Of a stretch of DNA of 64,000 nt, positions 41,437-56,399 are shown piece by piece; within the stretch, counting starts at the first letter, position 1, and every line of letters starts with the position of its first letter. The notes under the pieces are model-generated. The model made no database searches. It saw only the letters and a program-made list of their open reading frames with translations, and was not told the origin of the DNA. A program made the translations under genes and the position numbers. Origin of the DNA: Camelus dromedarius (lineage: Eukaryota); the NCBI RefSeq assembly GCF_036321535.1, contig NC_087447.1, positions 48,176,001 through 48,240,000 of the forward strand, in the 5' to 3' direction.

Positions 41437-42820
41437 CTAAAAAGAAAAAAGAAACAATGTATTTTAAAGGGGGGAGGGTAGCAAGGAGGTGAAAAGGAAA
41501 CTCATGCAAAAGGTTGCAGGGATGTGAGGAATGAAAATAACAAGTCCTTTCCTTTTTCAAAAGGAAGTAATACTCAAATTTTGCTTGATCTGAAGGTACA
41601 TAACTCAAAAAATGGCAAAAGGAAAGATTTCACAGAATCATAAGTACAGTTTCCTTTTTTTCCTTCCCTATAACCTCTCTTTGAATCCAGACTGCAAAAG
41701 CAGACGCTGTTGATGTTCAAACAGTGCGCATAAAAGGGAAAAACAAAAGTAAATGTCAGTGAGCAACCCAGGCTATAAGACTAAAGGAAATTAATGCTTC
41801 TCTGAAAGCCTCTTTGAAACTAAAATAAAATGTCTCTTCTCTATTGGGTCCAGAACACTCTGAAATTGGGTCTCCAACTACCGTACTTATGTTTCTCCCA
41901 TACATTTCTTCCTAGAACATTGTATATAACCTAACAAAAAGGAGAAATACCTTTTTTGTGACCCTACACAAAAATGTCTTTACTTTCTTACTTTTTCACA
42001 TCTACATTCCAGGAAGCCTAAAAATAAGCATTTGGTTCTTTTTACCATTATAAACCAGTATACAAGTTTTCAAATTTTAAGAAATAGAATGCTATATATT
42101 AACAGATAAAAGAGAACATTCAAAAGAAAAAAACTCACAAACTTATAAGAAACAGCAATACGGATAAAATAATGTTTTTTGGGGATAGGTCCTGAAATAA
42201 TGCATTGAAGACAGTCATTGTTTAGGTGGCAGGAATCTCTTCAAGGGAAAGCAGGCTAGAATACAGAATATAATTATATTGCACTAAAAAGGAGCATCCA
42301 AAAGATGGAAGACCAAAATCCAACATGTAAATACACATTGTTTTTTCTATTCACAGACAATTTGGTACATATCATATTCTGACAAATAAAACCTTGAAGT
42401 TCACAAATTGTGATACTCAAATGAAATCTTTTTGAATGCCTCAAGAGTAGTATTCAGAAGTTTTTTAGCAGCTCTAGTTTCTTCATGAAAATACTCTTTT
42501 AAATATCTCAATGCTATTTGTTATCATTTTTCCAAATCAAGACCACAAATTTTGTTTAACAAGCCTAGGGCTGGGCCATCAATTAGTTAGAAATAACAGC
42601 TTTCTCTCCTTTTAGATTTCACTTGGAGATAAAAAAAAAAAAAAAAGTCAGAATGCTAAGTACTATTCACTCCAAAATAACAGTTTTTTTCAAGGCCTGT
42701 AAACTAACATTGGCAACTCTGCTAAGTACTTCTTATGGTGACAATCATCGTTTACAACTTTGATCATAATTTTCTATGCTGGAGTGTTGCAGAAAATTGC
42801 ACACTGAATACATTACTCAC

Positions 42821-42874
42821 TGTTCGATCCTCCAAGTACATTGTTTTTGATAAAAAGTCAATACCAATTGTTGC
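42821..42874 (-). CDS. RAB6A: RAB6A exon 3
   Basis: tacag|GCA...ACA|gtgagt. 54 nt, ATIGIDFLSKTMYLEDRT (switch I). Confidence 0.97.
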
Positions 42875-43334
42875 CTGTAAAACAAAACAAAACAAAGAAG
42901 TTAAAATAATAATAGTTTAATGGCATTCAGCAGTTTAAGGTTCAATTGGGAATTATGATTATAGAATAATGAATAAACACATAAACATATCATAGCCAAA
43001 TAAAAATGGACACAATTTTCAGTGATATGACATCCACCTACTAAGCACTTGTTGTACATTAGAGATTCTTTTAAGCCCTTTACATGATAGTATCTAATCT
43101 TCATAGATCTCTACAAAGTAGCTATTAACATCGTTATTTTCCTTATTTTACACACAATACTGGTGGTTGGAGAAGTTAAATAACTAGTCTAAGGACGCAA
43201 AGTTTGTGCTGTGAAGTTGGGAATAAAAGTCCAGCTTTTTCCAATATATACTTCTACATACACTTTATGTATATATACTTTAAAGTATATTTTATATACA
43301 TTAAATTATATATATATTTATATACCTTAAAAAT

Positions 43335-44805
43335 TTTAATTGTGGTAAAAATACATATAACATAAAATTAACTATCTTAACCATTTTTTTAAAAGACTTT
43401 TTTTAAAATTGATGTACCATCAATTACAATGTGTCAATTTCTGGTGTACAGCACAATGTTCTAGTCATCATATACATACATATATTCGTTAAAAGACAAT
43501 TTTTTAAAGAGCAGTTTTAGGTTCATAGCAAAACTGAGAGGAAGGTACAGAGATTTCTCATATACCCCTTGCTCCCATATACACATAGCATCCCTTATTA
43601 TCAACATCCCCTGCCAGAGTTGTAGTACATTTGTTACAACTGATGAACCTTCATGGACACTGATGTATCTTTTTAAGATAAGTTTTATCTTTAAATTGTG
43701 GTGTATATATATAAATATATATACATAAAATAAAATTTGACATTTTAACCATTTTTAAGTGTACAAATTCAATGGCATTCATTACATTCACAACTGTACA
43801 ACTGTCAATACTATTTCCAAGACTTTTTCACCACCCCAAACAGAAACTCTGTACTGATTAAGCAATACCATATTACAGTGTATGAATATGCCACAATTTA
43901 TTTATCCATTCATCTACTTATGGACACTGCTGGCTACTATGAGTTCCTGTTTTCAATTCTTTTCACTATATACCTACAAATGAAACTGCTGGGCTATATG
44001 GTAATTCTATTTAACTTTGTGAGGAAATGACACACTATTTTCTACAGCAGCTGCACTATATAAATTCCCACTAGTGATTTGTGAGAATTCCAATTTCTCC
44101 ACATCCTTGCCAGTATTTGTTATTTTCTCTTTTCTATATAATCATCCTAGTAGGTGTGAAGTGGAATGCTACGTGGTTTTCATTTGCATTTCTCTAATGA
44201 CTAACGATGTTAAACATCTTTTCATATGCTTATTGGTCATTTGTATATCCTCTCTAGAGAAATGTCTATTCAGTCCTTTGTCCATTTTTAAATTGAGTTT
44301 ATCTTTTTTTTAAATTGATTTGTAGGAATTCTTTATATATTATGGATATTAAATCCCTATCAAATACATAACTTTCAAATATTTCCCAATTCTGTAGGTT
44401 GGGCCTGGTGTCTTTATCGAAACTCAGTTGTCAATAGACATATAGATTTATTTATGGTGTCTCAATCCTCTTCCATTGGTCTATATGTATATCCTTATGT
44501 CATTACCACATTATTTTAATTACTATAGCTTTGTAGTAAGTTTAAAATCAGGAAGTGTGAATCCTCCAATTTTAATTTTCTTTTTCAAGACTATTTTGGT
44601 AATTGCAAATTAGGATTGGCTCTTTCATTTCTACAAAAATGGCAGTAGGAATTTTGATAGGGATTGCATTAAATTTGTAGACTGCTTTGAGTAGTTGCTA
44701 CTGACGTCCTAACAATATTAAGTTTTCCAATCTATTCATCTGTGATGTCTCTCCATTTATTTAGGTCTTCTTTTCTTTTTTTGAGCAGTGTTTTGTAGAT
44801 TTCAA
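43335..44805 (-). mobile_element. Cluster of L1 3' fragments
   Basis: Several successive L1 3'-end motifs (ttgtggtaaaaatacat; caattacaatgtgtcaatttctggtgtacag; agcagttttaggttcatagc) followed by ORF2-end sequence. Confidence 0.8.
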
Positions 44806-47800
44806 TTACACACAGACTTTTACTTCAAACAAACCAACCAAAAAAAAAAAAGGAGAAAGAAAGAAAGAAAGAAGCTTCCTCCTTTATCTCAAACTATGTG
44901 AGTGTATTTCAATTATGTTTCTCAATTTAGGGCTAAGTACTAATTCCATCTCACAACATTCAATCTGAGAATGTATATTCCACTCTGCTATAGGGTGGGA
45001 TAATGGGCTTACAAACTTGAAATATTATGGTAGAACATCTAATTGACAAACTTGAGGAATGTACAGGAGTGGTGTGGCTACATTTAAGAAATCTCACTGG
45101 TAGAACCTCATTACTCAGTGTGGCTGAGGTAGCTAACTGCCTACACAAATATGTGTCTTCCCCTGCTTCCTTACTAACACAAACATTTATTTATATCCAT
45201 ACTTAATGTATTAAAAATATTACATTTTTCAGTCTTATCTGAACTTTAAACAAATGGGGTTGACTCAGCTGGAAAATGCACTCTTGTTTTTATTTCCCTT
45301 TCCTCCTTGTTCCTTCCTGGACTGTGGATACCAGGGCTGGAACTCCAGGAACCATTCGGTAACCATGAGACAAATTTCAATATGAAAGTTATATATTAGA
45401 TCTTGTTAAACATAAAGTTAGAAGGAGTCTTGGTTCTGGATGACCACAGAGCTGCCACATAAGCCCTAAAACACACTACCTTAAGATTTCTTTTACATGA
45501 AAAAAATTTATCATGTCACTTATTAATGTTATTTTTTATTTATTATAAAACACAGCCCAAAATAATTTTTAATGCTATAAACAGAAACAAGCATTTTCAG
45601 ATCTCACAGACAAGAAATACAGATGTTCTCACAATTAGTACAAAGTCAGACTTTATGATAAAATGTACAACAGTCCCCTCCTTCTACTGCACTATCCTGG
45701 TTTTGGGGTACCATTCATACCACCGAATTCATAAAGATCAAAATTAACCTGAAAAACATAGCTTGTTGTTGCCCTTCTTTTGAGTTAATTTTATTCCAAG
45801 CCGAACTACAACAAAGAAGTTGATCAACTATAAGAATTAAGCCAACAGCAGGAATTACAGAAAGGATGTCTGGGAAACTAAATGTTATCAGCTATTACAG
45901 CATCGTGAATGCTACTGACAAGGAATTAATTAAAACTTTCATAAAGGTGGATGAGACATTAGTGTTACTTCTTGCTCATCTCCTTTATGGAAAGGCAGAA
46001 GGCAATAATTGCAGAAGAAACCAAAGGTAAGAGAAAATTCTTCATGTATTTTAACTTATAGCATAACTTATAACATATTATTTTAAGTGTTAATTAATTC
46101 GTTGGTTGGGGATGGGGATTCTACTTTGTAAAAAACAAATTCAACTGAGTACTTTTACAGGAGTTCACAATTCAAGATTGAAAAATTGCTTATCCAAATG
46201 TATCAGTGTCAAGATAATGATGCAAGGTAATTCTTATTTGTTATGGTATTTTATTTAGATGCTCTCCAGTCAGAGTATTGTTTATTAACCCCAACAGCTA
46301 TTTTATAAAAGATTGTAGATGTAAGTTACTATTCTGCCTGACTTCCTAAAAAGTGATTTGTCACCTGTCTTGATGCCACAGAAGGCAGAGACCCAGAAAC
46401 ATCATGATTTTCCATACATGATTTTTCTAATATGAAAGCAATTAGTTAAGGAAAGTAAGTTTTCCTTTGTACTAAGCAATGATAATTAGTTTCTTTCTGT
46501 GGTCCAAACACATGTAAGGTTCTGTTGTCTGGTTGCTGCCTTTTCTAACATGCGAAAATAGAGAAATAATGAGTTGAAAAAGGCAACGACTAGATTAAAG
46601 GAAGAAAAAGAGTAGACAAATTAAAGAAGAGTCTAAAATTGAATAACAGAGATAAATAAAAAGAATGAAGAAAGGCAAAGGACCCCAGAAAGAGGATGCT
46701 GATAGATTCTGTTTTAGAACGGAATCCTATTCAAAAATATGTTTATATATGTATTTATGTATGTGAAAAAAATATATGTATACACACTTTCCCCTAGATA
46801 TCTTTGTGCCATATTACATAGGACAGAAACTATATAGTCTGTGGGTTTTAAAAACGAGTCATTACAATGAGTATAAAATTTTAGTTATACAAGATGAACA
46901 AGTTTAGAGATCTGCTGCATAACATTATACCTATAGATAATACCGTATTGAGTACACTTAAAAATCTAAAAAGGTAGAATCTCATGTTAAGTGTTCTTAC
47001 CACACTTTAAAAAAGAACCCCCTCTCTGCCCCAAATAAAATGACAGTATTTCTGGGAAAAGAAAAAAAAAGAAAAAAAGTCATTAAAAATTAAATAAAAT
47101 AAAAATATAAATCAAACACTGGATCAGAAAAACAGTGCATCCAGTTATGGATTTTGTTTCTTTTGATAACAAACTGGAATTTTGTATAGAACAATCTAGA
47201 GCTTTAACTTAAAGAGGTTAAGAATATATTTGATCACCACCACTACCATCTTTCTGGACAAGTTTAATAAAGTGTCTAAAACCCACTGTTTTATCTATGC
47301 CATCCTGAACTTAATTGTCAATTTGTAACAGTCTTTGGAACAAGAAATCCTCCTTTTTAGCAATGAGACTAGCTCTTCAATTATTCATTTCAGAAATCTT
47401 TCTGTTGTGTGAGGTGGGGGTAGGGAATCTTCAAATGATTCACCGAACTCTTCACCTAACAAAGTTGGCAGCTAACCACATACGGTCAATTCTTCATATT
47501 CAAAGTTAATACTTGATATACTGTCGAGCTGCTTTCTCTAGGTAAGGGTGTAGGGTGCCGTATCATCCAAATTTTCTTGTTAGAGCTTAACTAGTATGTA
47601 GAACCTTACCTAATTCTTACAAAAATTTGTAGCTCACATTGTTAATCAGTGTCTCCTATTAACGGCAAAGTACAGTATTTTTACTTCACTAGCAACAACT
47701 TTTTCACAAAGAATCAAAAATCTTTCCTTATTTGTCAAATGCTATATAACCTCACCCCATCAACATCACTGCCCTTATGTACATCTGAATGATAAGCAGC

Positions 47801-48419
47801 AATAGTCTAAGTGCATGTATAGCAATGACACTTTAGGTGTGCCTGAAAGGTCTTAATTTCACAGAGAACTAAGGTATAATGAAATACTTCAGAAACATCC
47901 AGAGAACTCCAAATATAGGCTTTAGTTCATAATTCTTTAGATTGAGACTCTGACCCTAGTTCAGATTTTTTAGCCTATGGTATTTTGTTCTACTCCCAAA
48001 TATTCTAGCTTAACATTCTCAGGAATTTTCCATGTACGGTTCAATGATATCAGTATTTTCTTCAGTATACCTGAGGCTGGTATTTATAGTTTCTCTGCTG
48101 AAGAGAGACAGAAGCATTGCTCAGAATCAAAATGTATGTAAGACAAGACCACCTAGACGAGGGACCTAGAAAGTTGAGGATATTTGATCTAAATGGGTCC
48201 AGAAGAAACCGAAACACTCCTTGCTGACGGAACTATTTTTCATTTCTAAACTCGGTCTTCTCATAGTGTCTTAAGAAGTGGCTAAACCATCTCTGAAATA
48301 TTCAAGAATATAAAAATATATATACAGTATATATTCATTAGCTTTTTAAGAAGTGACTTTCCTTAAATTTCAGATTTATGTTTTAGTCATTCCTGTTCTA
48401 TGAATTTTACGATTTTTAA

Positions 48420-48960
48420 TAAAACAATTAAAAACAAATTCTTTGCGGGATAATGGAAATGTTCTTATTCTGGATTGTGGTAGTAGCTTCATAAGTGTAC
48501 ATATTGGCCAAAATTTATCAAAATCTAAAGAATTAATATTTCTTTACTACTATCTGATTTTAAGAGCTTAACGTGTATTTTGGGTAACACTCCTTTGTCA
48601 TGTGTGTCTTTTGCACATCTGTGGCTTGTTTTCTCATTCTCTTGACATTGTCTTTGGAAGGTCAGAAGTTTTTAATTTTAATGAAGTTCAGTTTATCAAT
48701 TGCTTCTTTATAGATCATGCCTTTGCTGTTCTATCTAAAAAGTCACTGCCATATCCAAGGTCATCTAGCTTTTCTCCAATGTTACCTTCCAGTAATTTTA
48801 TAGTTTTGAGTTTTACATTTAAGTGATTCGTTTTGAGTATAACCTCTGTATCTAGATTCATTTCTTTATATGTGATGTCCAGTTGTTTCAGCACAATTTG
48901 TTGAAGAGATTGTCTTTGATCCATTGTACTGCCTTTGCTCCTTTGTCAAAGATCAGTTAC
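48420..48960. mobile_element. L1 fragments (short + 3' UTR piece, then - ORF2 piece)
   Basis: ORF2-like KTIKLLEGNIGEKLDDLGYGSDFLDRTAKA on -. Confidence 0.75.
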
Positions 48961-49574
48961 AAAACCTGTATTTACATCTCAGTTCTACCACTTAGTAGTT
49001 GGATGATTTTGAACAAATTGTACAAATTTGGACAAACTTTTTCCTAGAAAAGAATGCCGAAGTTTTTTAGTTTTTCAAGTCTTCAAACCAGAAGGCATAT
49101 CCCTGAAACAAATATTTCAATTATGGGAAAATAATACTAAAGAAGGGACAGGACTCAGATTTTAAATTTACCTTAAAAGGTTTCTGAAAAATAAAAACGA
49201 TTCGATAAACAACCAAGACAGAGGCAGTTAATAACTATGGACATTAACCATTTCTTTAATCAGATTCACAGTTAGTTATTACCAAGACAAATCATTGAAA
49301 TTGAGTTTTTACACTAACTACACAGTAACACAGATGTAAAATACTTCCATTAAAGGGGACTTTTTATTTTTAATTTTAATAAGACTATATCAAAAAGTTA
49401 ATAAAGAAAAAGATTTACAATGTAATTAGGGCCTCAGTGAAAGTACTTGGTTTTAAGATTACTAATTTTTTTCTTTTTAGCCTGTTCTTTGGTCTTTTGT
49501 TTTACAATTAAGTATTTTAAACTAAGATACATATATGTAACTCAGACATACATATAACTTAGATACATATACAA

Positions 49575-51355
49575 CTGAGAACAGACATCCTTATCTTGTT
49601 CCTGATTTTAAAGAGAACACATTCAATCTTTCAACATCAAGTATGATGTTAGCTGTAGGTTTTTCACAGATGCCTTTTAATACATTTAGAAAGTTCCCTC
49701 ATATGTCTAGTTTGCTGAGTGTTTTTATCATGAAAGGCTACTGGATTTTGTCAAATGCCTCTTCCATGTCCACTGAAAAGACTGTGTGATTTTGTCCTTT
49801 ATTCTATTCATATAGAGTATTACATTATTTTTTTAGGTTGAATCCGCCTTGCCATCCTGGCACCAACCTATCAATCCCACTTGGTAAACAGTATATAATC
49901 CTTTTTATAAGTTACCAGATTCAGTTTGGTAGTATTTTGCTGAGGACTATTGTGTTTATATTCATAAAGGGTATTAGTCTATAATTTTATTTTTGATGTC
50001 TTTCCCTGATTTGGGTATCAGAGTAATTAATACTGACCTCATAGAATGAGTTGGGAAGTATTTTCTCCTCTTCTATTTTTGGAAGTTTATGAAGCATTGG
50101 TATTGTCCTTTAAAAGTTTCATAGAATTGACCAGAAAGCCATTTAGTACTGCAATTTTCTTTGTAGGAAGTTTTCTGATTGCTAATTCTATCTATTTATT
50201 ATAGGTATATTCAAATTTTCTATTTCTTCTTGAGTTAGTTTTAGTAGTTTGGCTCTTTGTTGGAACTTCTCCATTTCATTTGGGTTATCCAATTTGCTGG
50301 CATATAACTATTCACAGTATTCTCTTATAATCCTCTTTATTTCTGTATGGTTGGTAGTAAGGTCTTTTCTTTCACTCCTGATTTTAATAATTTGAGTCTT
50401 CTCTCTTTTTCTCCTGATTAGTTTCACTAAAGGTTTGTCAATTTTGTTGACCTTTTCTAAGAACCTTTTGGTTTCACTGAATCTCTTTATTGTTTTTCTA
50501 GTCTCTTTTCCATATATTTCTGCTCTAATACTTATTAGCTTCTGAATTAAGAATATCTTTATTTTCTCTATTTTTGTTGTTTTGACATCTGAGGCCTTGC
50601 TAACACTGGAGGAACTGGCCATCCCAGGATTTGCCAATTCCTAGAGAAGTAAACTTGCCTATGAAAGGGCCTTTCAAATGCAAACCAACCAATTTAGACC
50701 CACACTCCAACCACCTCCTCTATTACACTTAGCGCCACTATTCCCCTGCCCTAATCATCCCAACGACAGGTATGGACAACTAGGAACAGCACCTATAGCC
50801 CAGAGACTACTGAAATTATTCAAACCAGGCAATCCTAAATCTGTTTACCTGGGCTTACTCATCCTTCGCAAAGAAATCACAATAAAGGCTCATGCCCACA
50901 TTCCCCATTCCCGCACCCCCATCTCACTTCCTGACCAACATCAGTACTTCTTCCATGTGCCCTCATCCTATGAAATGGAGTGTCCCTCTCCTCTTGGGAT
51001 TTCTGAGTATAATAAACTATCTTTTCTATAGCCTCACCATACCTGAATAACAGTAAAACCTGTATTTTAAAGCAATTCCTTCCTTCTGCTTGCTTTAGGT
51101 TTACTTTTCTTTTTCTAGTTTTTTAGGGTAGAAGATTATTGATTTAATGTATTTCAACTTTTCCTTATAGCAGTGCTTTAGCTGTGTCCCCTAAGTTTTG
51201 ATATGTTCTGTTTTCTTTTTCATTTGTCTCAAAGTATTTTCTAACTTCCTTTGTGATTTTGTCTTTGACCCCTTGGTTATTTAGGAATGTGTTATTTAAC
51301 TTTCCACAAATTTGTGAATTTCCAAAATCTCCTTCTGTTAATGATTTCTAATTAC
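49575..51355 (-). mobile_element. L1 ORF2 fragment interrupted by an LTR
   Basis: FLEKVNKIDKPLVKLIRRKREKTQIIKIRSERKDLTTNHTEIKRIIREYCE on -. Confidence 0.85.
50543..51074 (+). mobile_element. MER21-like solo LTR
   Basis: TG...CA termini, near-TSD cttc/attc, motif caaatgcaaaccaaccaat, AATAAA 51011. Confidence 0.7.
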
Positions 51356-51700
51356 AGTACATACTTATTCTTGACATCAAGTATAGATCAAAATATTAGA
51401 ATCCTAGACTTGGAAGAAATCTCTATAAGAGATCTCTACAATCATTCCTATTTCTATCCCAGATGACGTTAGCAATAATTTTTCAATAGACTTTGGAAGA
51501 AGAGCTAAAGAAATCAAGTGAAAAAGTTGAGAATTACAAGCATGATCAGTTATACTTTGTATTTATATAGCATTTTACAGATTACAGAAAGTGCTTTTAT
51601 ATCTACAACTGCATGTAAATAAATGAATTTTTAAAAAGATCTTGAATATTACTTGTAACACAAAACAGAGACAACTAGTAGGCTGGCAAAAACAAAATAC

Positions 51701-51759
51701 CTGATAGGTGTTGTCAAAACTGTCATACATGAATCTGGTGATCAGTGATGTCTTTCCAA
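51701..51759 (-). CDS. RAB6A: RAB6A exon 2
   Basis: tttcag|TT GGA AAG ACA...TAT CAG|gtattt. 59 nt, (V)[19 protein letters not shown] (P-loop GKT). Confidence 0.97.
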
Positions 51760-52265
51760 CTGAAAGGGAAAAAAAAAAGATTCACTTAGTTAACACATTA
51801 CACTGGATTCTCAAGCGATTTTTCTACCGAGAACTGCAATTCAATTCAATAGGAAATACCTGCAATGGTTCAAATAACAATTTAAAAACATATACTTCTG
51901 AGTTTGTTGAAATGCCTTTCTCTAGTAACAGATAATCTCTCAAGTTGAGAGCACAGGTGAAGAGTATTTATTTAGTTACGAGTAAAGAGAAATGAAGAGA
52001 AAAGATGGAGGAAAACAATTATGTTGACACCTCTAATTTACAAAAGGCAAGATATTTACTCGGCCCCTAACAAAAAGAACCAGGATTAGACCAGGAAGAA
52101 ATTATAGTTAATTTCCTGGACAGTAACCTGGGAAAACTGAGGTTCAGGTCCACTTCATTCAGTGAATCAAAGCTTAAACTCTGGAGTATAAAGACTAAAG
52201 ATCAAGAGTCCTAGGAAGGATACGAGGGCTCCAAGAACTAGACTGCTTAAGAGTGAGAATGAGGT

Positions 52266-52420
52266 GGGGGGTAGGGTATGGCTTAGTGGTAAAATGTGTA
52301 CTGAGCTTGCACAAGGTCCTGGGCTCAATCCCGGGTACTGCCATTAAATAAACAAACAAACCTAACTACCTCCCCCCTGAAAACAAACAAACAAACAAAC
52401 AGAAAAGAATTTTAAAAAAA
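52266..52420 (+). mobile_element. tRNA-derived SINE (vic-1-like, more diverged)
   Basis: gggtatggcttagtggta...gggctcaatccc, AAAC tail. Confidence 0.82.
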
Positions 52421-54032
52421 GAATTAGAAAGCAAATTTCCATACTTCTTTGGCAGGGCAGTCTCAAAGACTCATACTACTACTCTGTACTGATATTTTTA
52501 GGTTAATTGGTATTTCTAGTGAGAAAGGCACTTGGTCAAAAATAGTGGAATACTGGCAATTTCCTTACCAATGGGCACACTATTCAAGGGCAAGAATCAT
52601 AACCAATCTTCTTATTTCTCCAGCAGCTTGGCATAGACTTAATAAATTCTAAATTAATGTAAGAATTGTATCAATTATATCAATTAGAAAAAAAACTGGA
52701 CGAATGAACATCTCAAATGCTCCTCAAAATGTAAATTCTTTGGGGAGAAAAAAACAATACCTAGTCATTCATATTTTAGTAAGAATTTAAGTAACTTGAT
52801 TTCAGCTCAATTTTTAGAGACCTGATCCTGGCCTCTATATTATGTCCTCCATCCATACGCCATATGAAAACCTGAATGAAGAACTGGGCCAAAGAGGAAA
52901 GAAGCCCATACAATCACAAATGTCTTATTTCAAAAATTCTAAAAAAGTGGGTTGGAGAGAAGAGCTAAAGCTAGTTTCTCTAGACCCTGGTCAAAAGCAA
53001 ACTGATGTTTAGGAAGCCTCTTTTCAGAGCAATGAGTAGACCCATACACTTGTTCATTAGTAAATAGTACATATAGTTTTTATTCTGTTTCCAAAAATGC
53101 CCTTTCTTTTTAATATAAAAGAGCAAAATGTATGTTATAAAGCAGGTGACACAGAAAAGACCAAGAACAAAGAGAAAATTACATATACCCTACCACCCAT
53201 ATATTACTAATATTAAAACTTTAGTGTTTTTCCAAAGTATAATTTACATTTAAGAATACATATGTACTTAAAGGGAAAACCCTAGAACCATTCATAGTAA
53301 AGTCAGGAAGAATACACGTAAATTAATCAGAATCTATAAAAAGTAAATCTAAAAATCTGATGAGATAAAAGGCAAAACAGTGGTGAGGAAAATAGCAGTG
53401 GAAAATAGCAAAGGAACATACATATAATGAAGCAATAAAAAGCTTGTTTGTTAAAATAGTTTTTATTTAAATGATTAAAATTTCATTATTAAACATTTTA
53501 AATATGATTCTTCAATATGGGGTCCTTGTATAATTATTGTTCTTGTTTACCCAAAAACCTTCTATAAAATGGCATGTAAACTTATAATAATTTACTTAAT
53601 GTTTGTTTTCCCTGGTAGATTATAAGCTCCGTATTTGTCTTATTTACTCCACATCATCAGAGCTTAACACATTCTTGGCACATCACACTAGGCAAACAAC
53701 ATCTTTGTTAAATTGATACTCAACACTTTTCCAGAAAGTAAAAAATACATACCTAGGAGTATTCAAAATAAATCTTATTTTTAATTAAACAAGCAATTTC
53801 ATTATAAATACTTCTACTACAAAACACATAAAATTAATATATACTTTACATTTTAAAAGATGCCCAATGAGAATGACTTTTGTTAAATGCAAGGACTACA
53901 CATTAAGTCTCTAGCTAGACTACCAAAATAAAGCAAATATTGCAATAAAGCTAGTCACAAGAACTAAAGTCTATGGCTTGTAAAGCCAAGGATGGGATTA
54001 CCCCATGTAAAATAATGCATAAATATTTAACT

Positions 54033-54300
54033 ACAAGCTTCCCCAACTATCTAAAAGCAGAGTGTTCCTATAAAACCTTTCACAAGTCAAAATGGCCTAA
54101 GGCAAAGCGGCAATTACCTTAGGAAACATCTTGCTAATCAGACTTACAAAATAAAATTAAGATAAAGCACAGATACCACAGACATAGTTCAAAGCTATAG
54201 CGACTTGATATTGAGTGCAGTTCCCAGAGAGGAGCTTGGCAGTGCCACTCTGGCTGCTTGGTGTGTGTGTTGCCTCAATAATAGCTTGCTGCATAACAAA
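54033..54300 (+). mobile_element. MER82-like Tigger DNA transposon fragment
   Basis: ctatctaaaagcagagtgttcctataaaaccttt resembles recalled MER82. Confidence 0.6.
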
Positions 54301-56399
54301 CACCCAAAAATCCTAAACACAGCAGCTCCATCCCCTGTGCTCCCCTGACACTTGTACATACAGCCTTAACTATAATCCTTTTCCTTAGGTTGAATGGGTC
54401 CTTCTATGGAAAGATGAATAAATGAATGAGCTCTGACTGTAATTACTTTTTGTCATTTAAAATGGGAGAAGCATTTTGGGTATCTTATTTCAAATTCCAG
54501 CATTAGTGAAGCTAACAGAAAATGCTCCATGGGTTGGCGTATAGGGACAATCTTTCCTACAGGACCACTTGGTAGTATTTATCAAAAATAGTAATGTGCA
54601 TGCACTTCAGTCCAGCAAGCAGTTTGATCTAAACAGGAACCTAAAGAAAATAATCAGACATGTGCACAAAGATCTAGGTATCAGATTGTTTACTGTGCCA
54701 TTATCTGTAAGAGTAAACAGCCTACTTTTCAATAGGGCCATGGTTATATAAATTATGATGCCTACATAAGGTCCACAATATTCTGTATCTATTCAAATTT
54801 TTGCTACAGAAATCTTAGTGCCATTGGAAATGGGTGAAAATATTTTAATGTAAAAGTCAAGCTGTAAAAAAGAGAAAACGTGTATAATTTTATTACCCCA
54901 ATTTTGCTAAAGCAAATATATATTCACCATCCACAATCAAGAAAAATTAAATCAACAATAATCAAAAATTATAGTAAAAAATCTAAACATCGAAAGAGAA
55001 AAAACTAAAGGAGAAGCTCTCTTAGAGTAAAATTAAGTGGGAGCAAGACAATTATAAAATATTGGAAGAAAAGGTAGCTAAATCTATACTAATTTCTCCT
55101 CAACTGTTGAATATGCACTATACTTAAACTAAAATTGGTACAGTTACTCAATTAAGACTCTGAAATGCAGAGACCCAAGAAGAAACAAAAAATTCTGTCC
55201 CTACCTACATCAGATTAGCACATATATACCCATTTACATATTTTATATTAAAATAAAATGTTTAAAGTGTGCATCATTTTTCAATATCCCATTTTATATG
55301 ACTTTCAGTTAATCAATTACCAACATTAATGTCTACTGAAGTCCTTTATAAAGAAGCAGTAGTTTTAAATATAAAATACTATACGTTCACCCAAAAGATA
55401 ACTCTCTAAATAGCATATTTTGAATTAGCTGACTGCAATGAAATATTCAAATATCCCATTCTGATGCATATATTTTTAAGTAATCTCTAAAAAACTACAA
55501 TGGTATTCACAATGCTGCCTTAATGTCACCTCCCGAAACAGATATTCTAGGCCAATTCCAACATTTACAACATTTCTGAAATCAGACCATCTGCAAAATG
55601 CTATTTATACTCTCTTGTAATTCAATAAAGACTCGGCATTGACAACATTCTTAGTGAGATTCCTCGTCCATTTTACCATAACAATCACTGGCAAACAATT
55701 TACGTATGAAATCTAATCCCAATGATAGCTCTATATCTCCTAAACATTTGTAGCAAATGTAAGAAAAAGATTCTGCTCACTTCTATTTCTTCATTTTAAT
55801 CAGCATATACTAAATGCCAGAGATGACATGAATGCTGGGGATAAAAAAGCAATTAAAACATAGTCTCCGTTCAGGTTAAGTAGAAGAGAAAGAAAAAATT
55901 ATTGTAGTGTGATAAAAAGTACAGTAGAAGTATGCACAGGATGTTGTGAGTGGGAGCAGTCTTTTATAATGAGGCTGGATGGTCAGGCAAAACTTCCCAG
56001 AGAAAACTGACTTTAGAGCTGAGGTCAGCTAGAAGACAGAGAGAGAAGATAGCATCTCAGGCCTTACTTAACAAGCATCATAAGCTACTCTATATTAGAA
56101 AGCCTACTTGTGAAGCTTTATTTAATCTTTCAGTTGTATCTGGAATATTTAAAAGAGATAAATTTAAATATGTAACTCCATTTATATATAGGAGCATTTT
56201 AATTCTTCAAAAACAAATCAGAAAAGAACATTTGCAATAAGCCATATACAGAATGTAACTCTTAAATCACAGGCTGATGAGATTTTACTTCTAATTCTAA
56301 ACCTATCCCAACCTCAAGTCTACTAAGTGAATAAGGAGTATCTGGGGAAGCAGTTTCTGGGTTGGAATCCCAGTTCTGCCTTTACAAAACAAAACAAAA

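Noticed and set aside
50678..51031. 117-aa ORF
   Set aside because: Lies entirely within a MER21-like LTR and has no recognisable protein features.
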